A stretch of DNA of 64,000 nucleotides from Treponemataceae bacterium (GTDB taxonomy: Bacteria; Spirochaetota; Spirochaetia; Treponematales; Rectinemataceae). The DNA is taken from assembly GCA_963667725.2 (NCBI GenBank), contig CAXXHO010000003.1, forward strand, positions 992,001 to 1,056,000. Direction: 5' to 3'. The first letter of the stretch is position 1. Every line of letters starts with the position of its first letter. A program made the translations under genes and the position numbers. The notes under the pieces are model-generated. The model ran no database searches. It was not told where the DNA came from and saw only the letters and a program-made list of their open reading frames with translations. Below, in pieces: positions 18,515 through 29,052 of the stretch.

Positions 18515-19846
18515 ATGATACAACCCAAAATCCTGTCGGCCGGAGCGGCCCTGCTCTCCGAGAGCCGGCGGGATTCTCCCAGTTTTACCGTCTCGATCTG
18601 GTTTCCCTACGGATCCAGGAATGAAGCCCCGATGAATCGGGGCTTCGTTCATTTCGTCGAGCACATGCTCTTCAAGGGCACGAAACGGCACGACGCTTTC
18701 TCCCTCTGGCGGGCCATAGAACGCACCGGCGGCTACGCCAACGGCTTCACCGAGCGCGACTGCATCTGCGTTTACTGCTGCGTTCCCTCCAGGGACTGGC
18801 GCCTTGCCACGGAACTCATCGCGGAAGCGGCTTTTTCCTCCACCTTTCCCGTACAGGAGTTCGAAAAGGAAAAGCAGGTCATCCTTTCGGAAATCCTGCA
18901 GATAGAGGACGACGTCGAGGAGACCGCCTTCGATGCCTTCCTCGCCCATTTCTGGCCTGACCATCCCGCCGCCAAGCCCATCGGGGGCAGCTGCGCCGAG
19001 GTGGAAGCCATAGACCGCGGCCGGCTCTTCGACTTCTACCGCGGCCTGTTCACTGTTTCGAACGCGATAATCGCTGCATCGGGCGATTTTGACGAGGCCG
19101 GACTCGCGGAATTCATGGATGAGGCGATAGCCAAGGCCGCGGTCTCGGACGGAGCATCGGCTGACGCCGCAGCTGGAAGAGCCGTAGCTGGAACCTCGGC
19201 TGAAGCCGTCAGCGCGGTATTCTCGCTCGCGTATCCTGGGACTCCCGCCGCCAGGGCTTTCCGGGGTTACACCAAGGCCCCCAGTTCGCAGATCTATTAT
19301 TTCGACGCTCTCCAGCTCGACGCCCCCCTCGCCATGAAGGATTTTTTCTGCCTGAGCGCTATAAACGGCATCCTGGGCGAAGCTTCCACCTCCAGGCTTT
19401 TTCAGAAGGTGAGGGAAAAATTGGGTCTGGCCTATACGGTACAGTCCTCCCTGTCCTTTTCCCGCACAGAGGCGCTCGTGGCCATTCAAGTGGTGATGGG
19501 AGACAATAAGTTCGTGGAATGCGTGAACGCGGTGGACGAAGAGACGAAGGCGCTCTTTGCATCGACGCTCTCAGACGAGGAGCTGACCGAAGCCGCATCG
19601 AGGCTGGCCGGCAGCTTTGTCCTCTCCCTCGAGGATCCGGAATCCAGGATCAGAAGGCTGGCCAGCTGGTATATGACGCTGGGAAAGATCCCCGATATAG
19701 AGGAAGAGCGACAAATGTACCTCAACGTGGAAAGGGACGATGTCCTGGCCTTGCTGACGCGGCTCGCTTCGGCCCGCAGGGGACGATACGCCTACGGCAG
19801 CATAAAGCCCAGAACGGCTCGAACGCTCGGCCTGGAGGAGATATAA
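18515..19846 (+). CDS. M16 family zinc peptidase
   Basis: Inverted zincin motif HFVEHMLFKGT and SRLFQKVREKLGLAY. Confidence 0.9.
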   Translation: MIQPKILSAGAALLSESRRDSPSFTVSIWFPYGSRNEAPMNRGFVHFVEHMLFKGTKRHDAFSLWRAIERTGGYANGFTERDCICVYCCVPSRDWRLATELIAEAAFSSTFPVQEFEKEKQVILSEILQIEDDVEETAFDAFLAHFWPDHPAAKPIGGSCAEVEAIDRGRLFDFYRGLFTVSNAIIAASGDFDEAGLAEFMDEAIAKAAVSDGASADAAAGRAVAGTSAEAVSAVFSLAYPGTPAARAFRGYTKAPSSQIYYFDALQLDAPLAMKDFFCLSAINGILGEASTSRLFQKVREKLGLAYTVQSSLSFSRTEALVAIQVVMGDNKFVECVNAVDEETKALFASTLSDEELTEAASRLAGSFVLSLEDPESRIRRLASWYMTLGKIPDIEEERQMYLNVERDDVLALLTRLASARRGRYAYGSIKPRTARTLGLEEI

Positions 19847-19847
19847 G

Positions 19848-20288
19848 ATGGATTCGATCCGCGTACCGGTTATCCTCGAGGAGGGAGCCCGGCTCCCCGA
19901 ATACAAAACCAGGGGATCGGCCGGCGCCGACCTCTATGCGAACATAGCCGAGACTCTTCGGCTCATGCCCATGGAAAGACGGGCCGTTCCGACGGGGCTT
20001 CGCATGGAGCTTCCCCCCGGGTATGAGGCCCAGGTCAGGCCGAGGTCAGGGCTGGCGCTGGAGAAGGGCGTCACCTGCCTCAACAGCCCTGGCACGATCG
20101 ATTCGGACTATCGAGGGGAGATCAAGGTGATTCTCGTCAATCTGGGGAACGCGGAAGCGCGCATCGAACCAGGCGACAGGATAGCGCAGCTCGTGATCGC
20201 AAGGTATACTGAGGCTGCCTTCGAGCCAGAAAGGGCGATCGGAAAATCCGATCGCGGCGATGGGGGATTCGGCTCGACAGGTGCGTAG
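19848..20288 (+). CDS. dut: dUTP diphosphatase
   Basis: SAGADL, RPRSGLA, GTIDSDYRGE, RGDGGFGSTG. Confidence 0.97.
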   Translation: MDSIRVPVILEEGARLPEYKTRGSAGADLYANIAETLRLMPMERRAVPTGLRMELPPGYEAQVRPRSGLALEKGVTCLNSPGTIDSDYRGEIKVILVNLGNAEARIEPGDRIAQLVIARYTEAAFEPERAIGKSDRGDGGFGSTGA

Positions 20289-20313
20289 CCAGTAAGGTCC
20301 CAGGAGGTCTTCG

Positions 20314-21636
20314 TTGATGGCAAGGAGGACGGATGCGGCAATATCGCGCGGATTTCCTTTCACCGCGCTCTTTTATATCGTCCGCGAGTTCTGCCTTTCC
20401 TTCGCGATATCCTTTCTTTTCTTCTTTGTCGTCTTTTTCATAAACCAGATACTTCTCCTGGCCGAGGATATCCTTGCCAAGAGCGCCCCCCTGGACCAGA
20501 CCCTTCTTCTACTTCTCTATTCCCTTCCATCGGTCGTCGCCATCGCCGCACCATTCTCGGCCCTGGCCGGCGCTCTCATGACATCAGCCAGGATGAATAC
20601 CGACAATGAAATACTCGCTTTTTCCGCGGTCGGGATTTCGCCGGCCGCGCTCTACGCTCCCTTCCTGATTATGGGCCTCGTAGCCTCCCTTCTTTCCTTC
20701 GCGGCCAACGATTATTTCCTTCCTCGCAGCGCCGTGGCTTTTCGCAAGGTCTATGGCCAGCTCGTCGCGCGTTCCGCTTCCATCGAGTTGACGCCTTATT
20801 CGGTAAAACGCTATTCGCAGACCGTTGTCGTGACGGGAGCGGGAAAAAGCGGCGATATCGGGGATATCCTCCTTTTCGAGTCGGGCGGGAAAACGGCCGA
20901 CAAGGTCATGGCGGCGGGAAGGGCCAGCATCGTCATAGACCCGAGCGGAAACGGCGCGATCATAAAAATGACCGACGTACTGGAGCACTCCGTCGTCCTG
21001 ACCGAGGACAGCAAATTTTCGGTTTCCCGTGCCGACACGTTGTTCTACCGTTTCGTGCTCAAGGAACCGATAGTCGGTTTTTCCGGCAACAGCCCTTCTG
21101 AGATGAGCTCCGGAGATTTGCTGGTCAATCTGCGGAAGAAAAAAAGCACCCTAGAGGCGCGGAAAAGGGATGTGGCTAAGCAGAGCGCCGAAGCCAGAGC
21201 CCGCATGATGGATGACTATCGACAGAAAGATCCCTTACCCGGAAACCGGCCGGATTCCCCGGAAAACGAAAAGAGACTCCAGCGGTCCATCACCGTCCTT
21301 CGACAAACCCAGACTTCGCCCCCTTCGGACCGGTCGCTTCAGATCTATGAACTCGAATACAACAAGAAGTTCGCCATTCCCGCGGCGGCTTTTTTCTTTT
21401 CGCTTCTGGCCTTTCCTCTCGGACTCGGGACGAGAAGAGCCGGAAGAACGGCCGGCTTCGGCATGGCGCTGCTCTTGTCCACGCTTTACTGGGGCCTTCT
21501 CTTTGCCGGCCAGACCGCCGGACTGCGCAGCCGCATCCCGCCGGCCCTCGCCATGTGGGCGCCCAACGCCCTTGTCCTGGTTGCCGCTATCCTGGCCTGG
21601 GTGATACGCCACAAAGGCAAGAGGCGAAGCATATGA
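20314..21636 (+). CDS. lptF: LptF/LptG family permease
   Basis: Three N-terminal TMs, DNEILAF..GIS, periplasmic domain, KKFAIP plus three C-terminal TMs. Confidence 0.8.
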   Translation: MMARRTDAAISRGFPFTALFYIVREFCLSFAISFLFFFVVFFINQILLLAEDILAKSAPLDQTLLLLLYSLPSVVAIAAPFSALAGALMTSARMNTDNEILAFSAVGISPAALYAPFLIMGLVASLLSFAANDYFLPRSAVAFRKVYGQLVARSASIELTPYSVKRYSQTVVVTGAGKSGDIGDILLFESGGKTADKVMAAGRASIVIDPSGNGAIIKMTDVLEHSVVLTEDSKFSVSRADTLFYRFVLKEPIVGFSGNSPSEMSSGDLLVNLRKKKSTLEARKRDVAKQSAEARARMMDDYRQKDPLPGNRPDSPENEKRLQRSITVLRQTQTSPPSDRSLQIYELEYNKKFAIPAAAFFFSLLAFPLGLGTRRAGRTAGFGMALLLSTLYWGLLFAGQTAGLRSRIPPALAMWAPNALVLVAAILAWVIRHKGKRRSI

Positions 21637-22724
21637 GAACCGGTCCCAGACTCCTGCGACGCCTTCTCTTCAGGCAGACCATGCTGCGCTTTTTGGGCGG
21701 GGAGGCTTTTCTAGTCGGGATAATGATGCTCGCCGACCTCTTCTCCTCCATGTGGCGCCTCCTGGCCATGGACGCTCCCATCGGCAGTATCCTCGTCTGG
21801 CTGGCCGCCGGAATTCCCGCACACGTCACGGAAGTGCTTCCCATCGCCTACCTTTTCGGCATCACGCTGAGCCTCGCCGAGATGCATGCCGACGGGGAAC
21901 TGCTCGTCGTCTGGGGCTCGGGCATCAGCGTGCAGAGTCTGAGCCTTCCTATCCTGGCTTTTTCCGCCATCATGGCGGGAACCATGTTCGTCGCGAACGA
22001 TATGGTTACGATTCCGGCCTCGGCTGAGCGCGACCGTCTCTTCAGGACGATGACAGGGCAAAAGGGGCAGGGCAGCCAGATATCGGACATCACGATCATG
22101 GCCGACGGAGGCTCCTTCGTTTACAGGGTGGGATACTACGATCCCACGGCCAGAAGAATCGTGGATGTGGATATTATCGAAAGGAATGCTTCGGGCGAGT
22201 TCCTCGCGAGAATTCAGTCTCCACGCGCCGATTGGACGGGGGAGAGCTGGAAATTCCAGGAAGCGAGGATTTTTTTCAGGCAGGCATCGGGTGGATGGAC
22301 GGAGAAGACCGAGGCCGAGTATTCCCGCCCTGACCTGAACGAGGGACCCGATTCCTTCGGAATATTGAGGGAAAAGCCTCCCCTCATGAAGACCGCCGAA
22401 CTCGCGTCCTATATCAGGGTGCTCCGGGATTCTGGACTGCCCTCCGTCGAGGCGCGAACCGAATACCACAAGCGATTTTCCCTGATCTTCACGCCTTTCA
22501 TCGTCTATGGGCTTTCCATCGCCTTCGCCGGGCTTTTCAGGAAGAACTCGCTGCTGATGAGCCTCCTTTTCAGCCTCAGCACCGCCACGGTATATTATGT
22601 CGCGCAGATGCTCGGCGCCCTTTCCTCCAAGACCGGCTGGGTTTCACCCGGTTTCGGCATCTGGAGCGTTACCGTCGCCTTCATCGTCGTTTCGACGCTG
22701 GGCTATCTGAAAGCCAAAACATAA
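21633..22724 (+). CDS. lptG: LptF/LptG family permease
   Basis: GELLV..GSGIS, EYHKRFS, same topology as the upstream paralogue. ATGA overlap. Confidence 0.8.
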   Translation: MRTGPRLLRRLLFRQTMLRFLGGEAFLVGIMMLADLFSSMWRLLAMDAPIGSILVWLAAGIPAHVTEVLPIAYLFGITLSLAEMHADGELLVVWGSGISVQSLSLPILAFSAIMAGTMFVANDMVTIPASAERDRLFRTMTGQKGQGSQISDITIMADGGSFVYRVGYYDPTARRIVDVDIIERNASGEFLARIQSPRADWTGESWKFQEARIFFRQASGGWTEKTEAEYSRPDLNEGPDSFGILREKPPLMKTAELASYIRVLRDSGLPSVEARTEYHKRFSLIFTPFIVYGLSIAFAGLFRKNSLLMSLLFSLSTATVYYVAQMLGALSSKTGWVSPGFGIWSVTVAFIVVSTLGYLKAKT

Positions 22725-22734
22725 AGGATCGCGA

Positions 22735-23892
22735 ATGATCAATTCCGGAATATTCATAGAAGGACACAGGGACTCGGGTTCGCGGGCGAGAACCGGCGAG
22801 ATCCATCTTCCTCATGGAATCGTCCAGACACCAGCTTTCATGCCCGTGGGCACCAACGCGACGGTGAAGGCCGTTCCTCCGGAAGACCTGCAGGCCATGG
22901 GCTTCAAGATAATCCTCGCCAACACCTACCACCTCTATCTCAGGCCAGGCCACGAACTCATCAAGGCCGCCGGGGGACTGCATGGCTTTTCGGGCTGGAA
23001 GGGCAACTTCCTCACCGACTCGGGCGGTTTCCAGGTGTTTTCGCTCTCCCCGCTCAGGAAGATTACCGAGGAAGGCGTGAAATTCCGCTCGCACATTGAC
23101 GGCTCGAGCCATTTCCTGAGCCCGGAAAAGGTGGTGGAAGTCCAGACGGCCTTCAATTCGGATATACAGATGCAGCTGGATATCTGTTCGCCCTGGGGCG
23201 AGGATGAAAAGAAAGCGCAGAAGGACATGAACCTCACCCATGCCTGGGCGCGCCGCGCCAAGGCGGCATGGGAGAAGGCGAGGGACGAGGATGGCTACCA
23301 GGGGAAGCTCTTCGGCATCGTCCAAGGCAATTTCTACAAAAACCTCAGGCAGGAAAGCGTCGAGCGGATCGCCGAGCTGGATCTCCCCGGCATCGCCATA
23401 GGCGGACTCTCAGTGGGCGAGCCCAAGGAAGTCTTCAACGAAATGCTGGAGCATACGGCGGCGCTCCTCCCCTCAGACAAACCGCGCTACCTGATGGGCA
23501 TAGGAACGCCCGATTACATACTGGAGGCAGTCCGCAACGGCATAGACATCTTCGATTGCGTGTACCCCACCAGAACCGCGCGCAACGGCCTTTTATTCAC
23601 TTCAGCCGGACAGATCGTCATCAAGAAAGCGGTCTATGAGCACGACTTCTCCCCCATAGATCCCGAGTGCTCCTGCCCGGTCTGCCTCAACCATTCGAGG
23701 GCATATCTGCGCCATCTGTACCGGAACGGGGAAATTCTCTATTCGATACTTGCTACGAGACATAATCTCCATTTCCTCGGCGACCTCGTACGCAGCATCA
23801 GGCTCGCCATCCTTCAGGATCGGTTTGAGGCTTTCCGCGCCGAATTCCTCAAGCGATACGCAGGACAGAAGAATGTCGAGGATGAGAATTAA
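22735..23892 (+). CDS. tgt: tRNA guanosine(34) transglycosylase
   Basis: TPAFMPVGT, ANTYHL, TDSGGFQVFSL, CSCPVC...H zinc site. Confidence 0.97.
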   Translation: MINSGIFIEGHRDSGSRARTGEIHLPHGIVQTPAFMPVGTNATVKAVPPEDLQAMGFKIILANTYHLYLRPGHELIKAAGGLHGFSGWKGNFLTDSGGFQVFSLSPLRKITEEGVKFRSHIDGSSHFLSPEKVVEVQTAFNSDIQMQLDICSPWGEDEKKAQKDMNLTHAWARRAKAAWEKARDEDGYQGKLFGIVQGNFYKNLRQESVERIAELDLPGIAIGGLSVGEPKEVFNEMLEHTAALLPSDKPRYLMGIGTPDYILEAVRNGIDIFDCVYPTRTARNGLLFTSAGQIVIKKAVYEHDFSPIDPECSCPVCLNHSRAYLRHLYRNGEILYSILATRHNLHFLGDLVRSIRLAILQDRFEAFRAEFLKRYAGQKNVEDEN

Positions 23893-24463
23893 TCGGAGCG
23901 TCGCTGTCCTTCTGCTGGCGTTCTGGCCCATCTTCGGTAACGGACAGGCGCAGGAATTGCCGTCGGCGGCTTCTCCTCCCATCGTGGATATTTCCAGCCT
24001 TCTGCCTCCCGTCAGAGGCCTCGATTTCAACGAGCCCCGCGAGGAGGTAGGTAGGACGGGGACTATCCTGCCCGACGAGGCGGCCGTGGATGGGCTTTCC
24101 CTCATAGCGGGGGCGCTGGCCTGGCTAGGGACGCCCTACCAGCTCGGCGGCTCCTCGCGTTCCGGTGTCGACTGTTCGGGTTTCGTCTCCAGGGTGCTCT
24201 ACGCGGCCGTGCCGAAGCTAGGGCCCTTCCCGAGGCGCAGCGACGAGTTCTCGGCCGTCGGCGAGAAATCCGCGACGATCGAACCCGGCGATATCCTGCT
24301 GTTCGCCTACGATCAGGCGATCTACCACGTGGGCTTCGCCCTGAGCGCGAGCACCTTCATCCATTCAGCGTCGGAGGGGGCGAGGACGGGCGTCATCATC
24401 TCCAGCCTCTATGAGGGCAACTGGAGCGCAAGGCTCTACGGAGTCCGCCGACTTAAAATATGA
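23882..24463 (+). CDS. NlpC/P60 (C40) cell-wall peptidase, secreted
   Basis: Signal peptide, LGTPYQLGG, DCSGFV, YHVG, FIHS (Cys-His-His). Confidence 0.9.
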   Translation: MRINRSVAVLLLAFWPIFGNGQAQELPSAASPPIVDISSLLPPVRGLDFNEPREEVGRTGTILPDEAAVDGLSLIAGALAWLGTPYQLGGSSRSGVDCSGFVSRVLYAAVPKLGPFPRRSDEFSAVGEKSATIEPGDILLFAYDQAIYHVGFALSASTFIHSASEGARTGVIISSLYEGNWSARLYGVRRLKI

Positions 24464-24490
24464 AAAAAGCCGCTTTTAAGCGGCTTTTTT
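24463..24490. terminator. Bidirectional intrinsic terminator
   Basis: AAAAAAGCCGCTT-tt-AAGCGGCTTTTTT between convergent NlpC/P60 and greA. Confidence 0.85.
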
Positions 24491-24524
24491 ATTGGATCGG
24501 TTCAGGCCAGCGGCTTCGCGGCAA

Positions 24525-27209
24525 TCAAAGATCAGCCACCTCGATGCTCTCGATGAGGTACTGGAACTTTCTGTCGTGTATCGCGAAGGTCAGGCGCTCT
24601 CCCACTTTATGGTTGAAAAGCTTCTTGCCGAGGGGCGAGAGGTAGGAAATGATGTCCTTGGCCGGGTCGGATTCCCAGGGGCCGAGGATCGTATAATATT
24701 CCTTTTCGCCGGTCAGTTCGTTGGTGAGGGTCGCCTTCGTGCCGAAGGATATCTTTGTGGTCGTGATCGTGGATTTGTCGAAGATCTGGGCTTTTTCCAG
24801 CTCATTCTTTAGCTTCCCGACCTTGGCGTTCAGCTCGTCCTGCTTCTCCTTGGAAGCCTTGTATTCGGCGTTCTCCCGCAGATCCCCAAGGGACAGGGCG
24901 AAGGCGATTTCCTTCTGGTTCAGCGGCACGTCCACTTCCATGATCGACTGGAGGAGCTTCTGCTTTTCCGAATATTTTTCCGAGGTGACGATAAGTCCGC
25001 GCGAAACGGTGAGCTTTTCCTCCTCGCCGAAGAAGCGGAGGTTGGGATACTTTTCGGAAATCTTGTGCTTGATGCTCAGCTTGATCGCGGGATCCACTTC
25101 CTTGATGTCCATGAGGAGGGCGTAGACGCGCTCCGTGGTCTCGATGTTGGTCTCGAGGAGGAACTTCTCGAGGACGTTTTCCTTGAAGAGGATGTTCTGG
25201 ACCAGCCTGTTGACCTTGCGGTTTTCGGAGGTGTCCTTGTGGTTGTCGATTTCCTTGAACGTGATGTCGAGAATGTGGAGCAGAGTGAGGAGAATCTTCT
25301 CGTACACGATGCCGAGCTCTGCGAACCAGGGCTCCTCGCGCAGATCCTTGATGAGCCAGATGAAGGCTTCCCGGTAGTCCTTGTAGTTCTCGACGATGTC
25401 CATGCCCATCTTCTTGAGCTTGGCTGAATGTCCCGCTGTCTTGAGCGCGTCGAGCATGCGCATGGAACGGGCATAGGGCAGCAGCTTGATATAGATTTCC
25501 GGCCAGCTGGGGATGAAGTTCTTGATGTGCAGGATATAGGCGTTCCTGAGATCGCTGTCCTTGAGGTTCAGGTATATGGCCAGGGGATTATCTATCTGGG
25601 CGAAAAGATCGGCGAACTTTATCTGGACGCCCTGCTGGAGTCTCGGGTACTTGGTCGCGAGTTCCTTCAGGAGGAGGTAGGAAGCGATGACGTGCTCATC
25701 CACCGACTGGTATGATTTGAGGAAACTCTGGAAATAGGTGAGCATCTCCGAGAAATAATCGGAATCGAAATCGTTGGTCTCGATGTAATCCCTGAAATAC
25801 ACGACGCGGTCGAAATAATTCTTCTCGGCCTTGAACTGGATGTAAACCTTTTCCTCGTAGGAAAGCGGCCTGTCCCTGACGATGAAGGTCGAGATGTCGT
25901 CGGCGGCGTTGCCGAAGGAAGCGTCGGTCTTGAGAATTTCCTTGGCCTTAGCGCTCCAGCTGTTCCATTCGCTGGCGGTGAGGACGGCGGGCACGAGTTC
26001 CGCCTTTACGCGCTTCAGTTCGGCCTTGTTGTCGAAGCTCTTTATGATGTTCTTGAGCGTCCAGACGATGTCGGTCTTGACCTTTTCGCGAAGCTTGTCC
26101 TTGGGCCAGATGGCCTTGAGCACCCAAATATGATCCTTGGAAAGGGGCATGAGGCTGTCGATGGCCATCTTCAGGGACATCTTATGCCCTCTGGACTTCG
26201 CGAAATCGATGGTGACCTCGTCTCCCTTGACCACCGCGATGCGGCCGATGTTCCAGGTCCTGTGGAAGACGAAGTTGCCCACGTCGAAGACGATGTGCTT
26301 TTCGAAATCGTCCATCGCTTCATGCAGGGCGCGGTATGATTGGTTGATATTGGAGAGCTTGAGATAGTCCTGGAGCCTGGAGTGCCCGGCGTACTTGCCC
26401 GAATAGCACTCGATGAGCTCCTTGCGCATGGCGGGATTTTTCTCGTCGTAATCGATGACCAGTTTCAGGATATCGAGGGCAGTGCTCCATTCCTTTTTGG
26501 CCTTGTAGTTCGCGTAGAGATCCATGAGCAGCATGGCGGCCTTGTCCGGGGAGATCACAGAGGCGATTTTTTTCTGGACATGGAAGAAATAATCGATGTC
26601 CTCGGGACAATAATCGACGAGCTTGAGCCATATCTCGCGAACGTTGGTGGGCAGACCCTTGTTGATGTAGCGCAGGAGGGCTTTCTTGTAGAAGTCGATC
26701 GCGTCCTCGCGAAGCCCGAGCTTGTCTTTGCGCTCGGCGATCAACTTGACGATGTCCGCTTCCTCGTAGTCTATCTTGATGAGCCTTTCCCAAGTCGCAT
26801 AACGCTCTTCGATCTTGTCGTCGCTCTCATAGCATTCCGCGAGGCGGGCGAGGGCGATCCTGTTCTCGCCATAGTCGAGAATCCTCAGGCATACGAACTC
26901 GACGATGTTCGTGCGCTTGCCTTCCGCGAAAAGATCCATGAGCTGGGTAAGGTAGGATTCATCGGAAGGCTGCTTTCGCAGGGCGATGATGCCGGCCACA
27001 TAGAGAGCGATGACGCTGCTTTTCGTCTGCGTGAGATGTTCGTCGCAAACCTGGAAAAGTTCATCTACGGCAGAGCTTGCTTCGGCCTCTTCGATAAGTG
27101 CATCCAGCTCTTTCAGGCTGTTGACGGAATAGTTCTGGAGCGTCGATCTCGTCCATTTCTCTTCGTTGAGCATTTCTTGCACTTTGCCAGCAAGCTGGGT
27201 TTCTGCCAT
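24525..27209 (-). CDS. greA: Transcription elongation factor GreA, long form (~895 aa) with large helical N-terminal region
   Basis: C-terminal GDLRENAEY, ISFGT, ILGPWESD, ISYLSPLG. ATG 27209 after AGGAGA. Confidence 0.93.
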   Translation of the reverse strand: MAETQLAGKVQEMLNEEKWTRSTLQNYSVNSLKELDALIEEAEASSAVDELFQVCDEHLTQTKSSVIALYVAGIIALRKQPSDESYLTQLMDLFAEGKRTNIVEFVCLRILDYGENRIALARLAECYESDDKIEERYATWERLIKIDYEEADIVKLIAERKDKLGLREDAIDFYKKALLRYINKGLPTNVREIWLKLVDYCPEDIDYFFHVQKKIASVISPDKAAMLLMDLYANYKAKKEWSTALDILKLVIDYDEKNPAMRKELIECYSGKYAGHSRLQDYLKLSNINQSYRALHEAMDDFEKHIVFDVGNFVFHRTWNIGRIAVVKGDEVTIDFAKSRGHKMSLKMAIDSLMPLSKDHIWVLKAIWPKDKLREKVKTDIVWTLKNIIKSFDNKAELKRVKAELVPAVLTASEWNSWSAKAKEILKTDASFGNAADDISTFIVRDRPLSYEEKVYIQFKAEKNYFDRVVYFRDYIETNDFDSDYFSEMLTYFQSFLKSYQSVDEHVIASYLLLKELATKYPRLQQGVQIKFADLFAQIDNPLAIYLNLKDSDLRNAYILHIKNFIPSWPEIYIKLLPYARSMRMLDALKTAGHSAKLKKMGMDIVENYKDYREAFIWLIKDLREEPWFAELGIVYEKILLTLLHILDITFKEIDNHKDTSENRKVNRLVQNILFKENVLEKFLLETNIETTERVYALLMDIKEVDPAIKLSIKHKISEKYPNLRFFGEEEKLTVSRGLIVTSEKYSEKQKLLQSIMEVDVPLNQKEIAFALSLGDLRENAEYKASKEKQDELNAKVGKLKNELEKAQIFDKSTITTTKISFGTKATLTNELTGEKEYYTILGPWESDPAKDIISYLSPLGKKLFNHKVGERLTFAIHDRKFQYLIESIEVADL

Positions 27210-27222
27210 AGCGTTCTCCTCT

Positions 27223-28167
27223 CTATGATACATACTGCTTGAAGATATCCTCATCGAGCAGCCGGATTTTCAGCAATATTTTTTCGCTCCGCGCCTTTTC
27301 GGCGCCGGACGCCTCGTAATGATCCAGAATCCAGAAATATCGGTTCAGAAGGCGAGGCTTCAGCGTGGCGCTCATCGCGGGATTCTCGCGGAGATCGTTC
27401 TCCAGCTGGAACATGGAAGAATTGAGCCGTGAACTTTCCGAAGGCCCCAGTTCGCGCTTTACCCCGAACAGACCGGTGAGTTCACCGTAGACCGGAATCC
27501 ATTCGGGAACTTCCTTTTCCGGAAATCCCTTTCCCTTCGCTATTTCGACGAGTTTATGGATCGTATCGGATTCCAGCAACTCGAGATCTATCTTGTCGGG
27601 GCCAATAAAAAAGGCCTCCCGGAAAAGAACCTTGGATTGGCGATGCTCTCCCGAAAGGGCATGGCAGTCGGCCAGTTCAGCCAGATAGCGCGCCTCATCC
27701 TTCCTGCACTTCACCGCCCGCTCAAGGTGCTGCTGCGCCGTCTCGTAATCGCCCAGGGCTTTCCGGCATCTTCCCAGGCGGAAATCGAATTCGGAGCCGA
27801 GGGCCGCCTTTTCCTCATCGGGAATGGCCAGGAAAAAATCCAGCGCCACGCTGAAAGCCATACGCCTGAAAGCGTATTTCGCCATCTCGAAATCGCCGGT
27901 GATCCGCGAGAGGAAAGACTGGAAGGTCTTCCACCTCGCCATGATCTGGTCGCCTTTCAGAAGAGGCGTCTCCAGTTGGCCCGCCTCATCGATTCGTTCG
28001 CGCCAGAACTGTGCGCACTTCATGGAAAAAAGGACCTCGCCGTTGTCAAAATCCTCATAAAGCGCTTCGTCGAAAAATCGTGAAGCGTTGCCGAGATCGG
28101 CGTTCTTGAGGCATTCATATCCCAGTGCCAGAAGCGAAGGGACGCGATCTAGGTTTACCATGTACAT
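27223..28167 (-). CDS. Tetratricopeptide-repeat protein
   Basis: LGRCRKALGDYETA and LAELADCHALSG helical repeats. Ends 13 nt upstream of greA. Confidence 0.75.
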   Translation of the reverse strand: MYMVNLDRVPSLLALGYECLKNADLGNASRFFDEALYEDFDNGEVLFSMKCAQFWRERIDEAGQLETPLLKGDQIMARWKTFQSFLSRITGDFEMAKYAFRRMAFSVALDFFLAIPDEEKAALGSEFDFRLGRCRKALGDYETAQQHLERAVKCRKDEARYLAELADCHALSGEHRQSKVLFREAFFIGPDKIDLELLESDTIHKLVEIAKGKGFPEKEVPEWIPVYGELTGLFGVKRELGPSESSRLNSSMFQLENDLRENPAMSATLKPRLLNRYFWILDHYEASGAEKARSEKILLKIRLLDEDIFKQYVS

Positions 28168-28319
28168 CCAGTTCCGAACATCACTATCTTTTCATACTAA
28201 CCCATCGTTGCGGAAAGAGTCAATCGTTGACAGGATTTCCATGCTTTCGCTGAAGGATGGATGAATTCACGTAAAGAAAACCGGTGGAAAATTTAGGGCC
28301 ATGATGTTACTATTCAGAT

Positions 28320-28994
28320 ATGAATTTTCCTTTGATCGCTCCCTCCATCCTTTCCGCCGATTTTACGGATATTTCTTCCGGCCTTGAGGCCGTGAAGCGT
28401 TCCGGAGCCGACTGGATTCACCTGGACGTAATGGATGGGCGTTTCGTGCCGCCCATCACCTTCGGCGCGAAGATGGTATCCGATATCCGCGCCCGAACGA
28501 CCCTCCCGCTCGACGTTCATCTCATGACGGAAGAGCCGGAACGGATGATTCCGGAATTCGCCGAAGCCTGCGCCGACATCATTACCTTCCACGCGGAGGC
28601 ATGCGTCCATGCGCACCGCGCGATCCAGACCATTCGCGAGTGCGGAAAAAAGGCAGGTCTTTCGATCGTTCCATCCACCCCGCTGTCGTCCATTGTCGAG
28701 TTGCTTCCTTTCGTCGATCTTGTCCTCATAATGACGGTCAATCCGGGATATGGGGGACAGAAGCTTCTTCCTTTCTGCCTGGAGAAAATCAAGCGTCTGA
28801 AGGACATGCGTTCTTCCATGAAGCTGGAGTTTCTGATCTCGGCCGATGGGGGCATAGGCCCTTCGACTATCGCCGAAGTCGCCGATGCCGGTCCCGAGGT
28901 CCTTGTCATCGGCTCGGCGTTTTTCAATGCCGAAGACAGGGATTCCGTCGTTCGCGACATGCGGAACGCATACAGGAAGAAGGCCGTCTGTTGA
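28320..28994 (+). CDS. rpe: Ribulose-phosphate 3-epimerase
   Basis: IAPSILSADF, HLDVMDG, DVHLM, MTVNPGYGGQ, DGG. Confidence 0.96.
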   Translation: MNFPLIAPSILSADFTDISSGLEAVKRSGADWIHLDVMDGRFVPPITFGAKMVSDIRARTTLPLDVHLMTEEPERMIPEFAEACADIITFHAEACVHAHRAIQTIRECGKKAGLSIVPSTPLSSIVELLPFVDLVLIMTVNPGYGGQKLLPFCLEKIKRLKDMRSSMKLEFLISADGGIGPSTIAEVADAGPEVLVIGSAFFNAEDRDSVVRDMRNAYRKKAVC

Positions 28995-29052
28995 GTCTCG
29001 TCCCATTCGCAAGCGCGGAGGCGTCGAAAGCTTTCCTCAAGAGGGCGAAGCG

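Noticed and set aside
17269..18528. 419-aa antisense ORF, and similar long shadow ORFs such as 30703-32091 and 18359-19489
   Set aside because: These mirror strongly codon-biased, high-GC genes (pnp, ppdK, M16) and have no motifs or SD.
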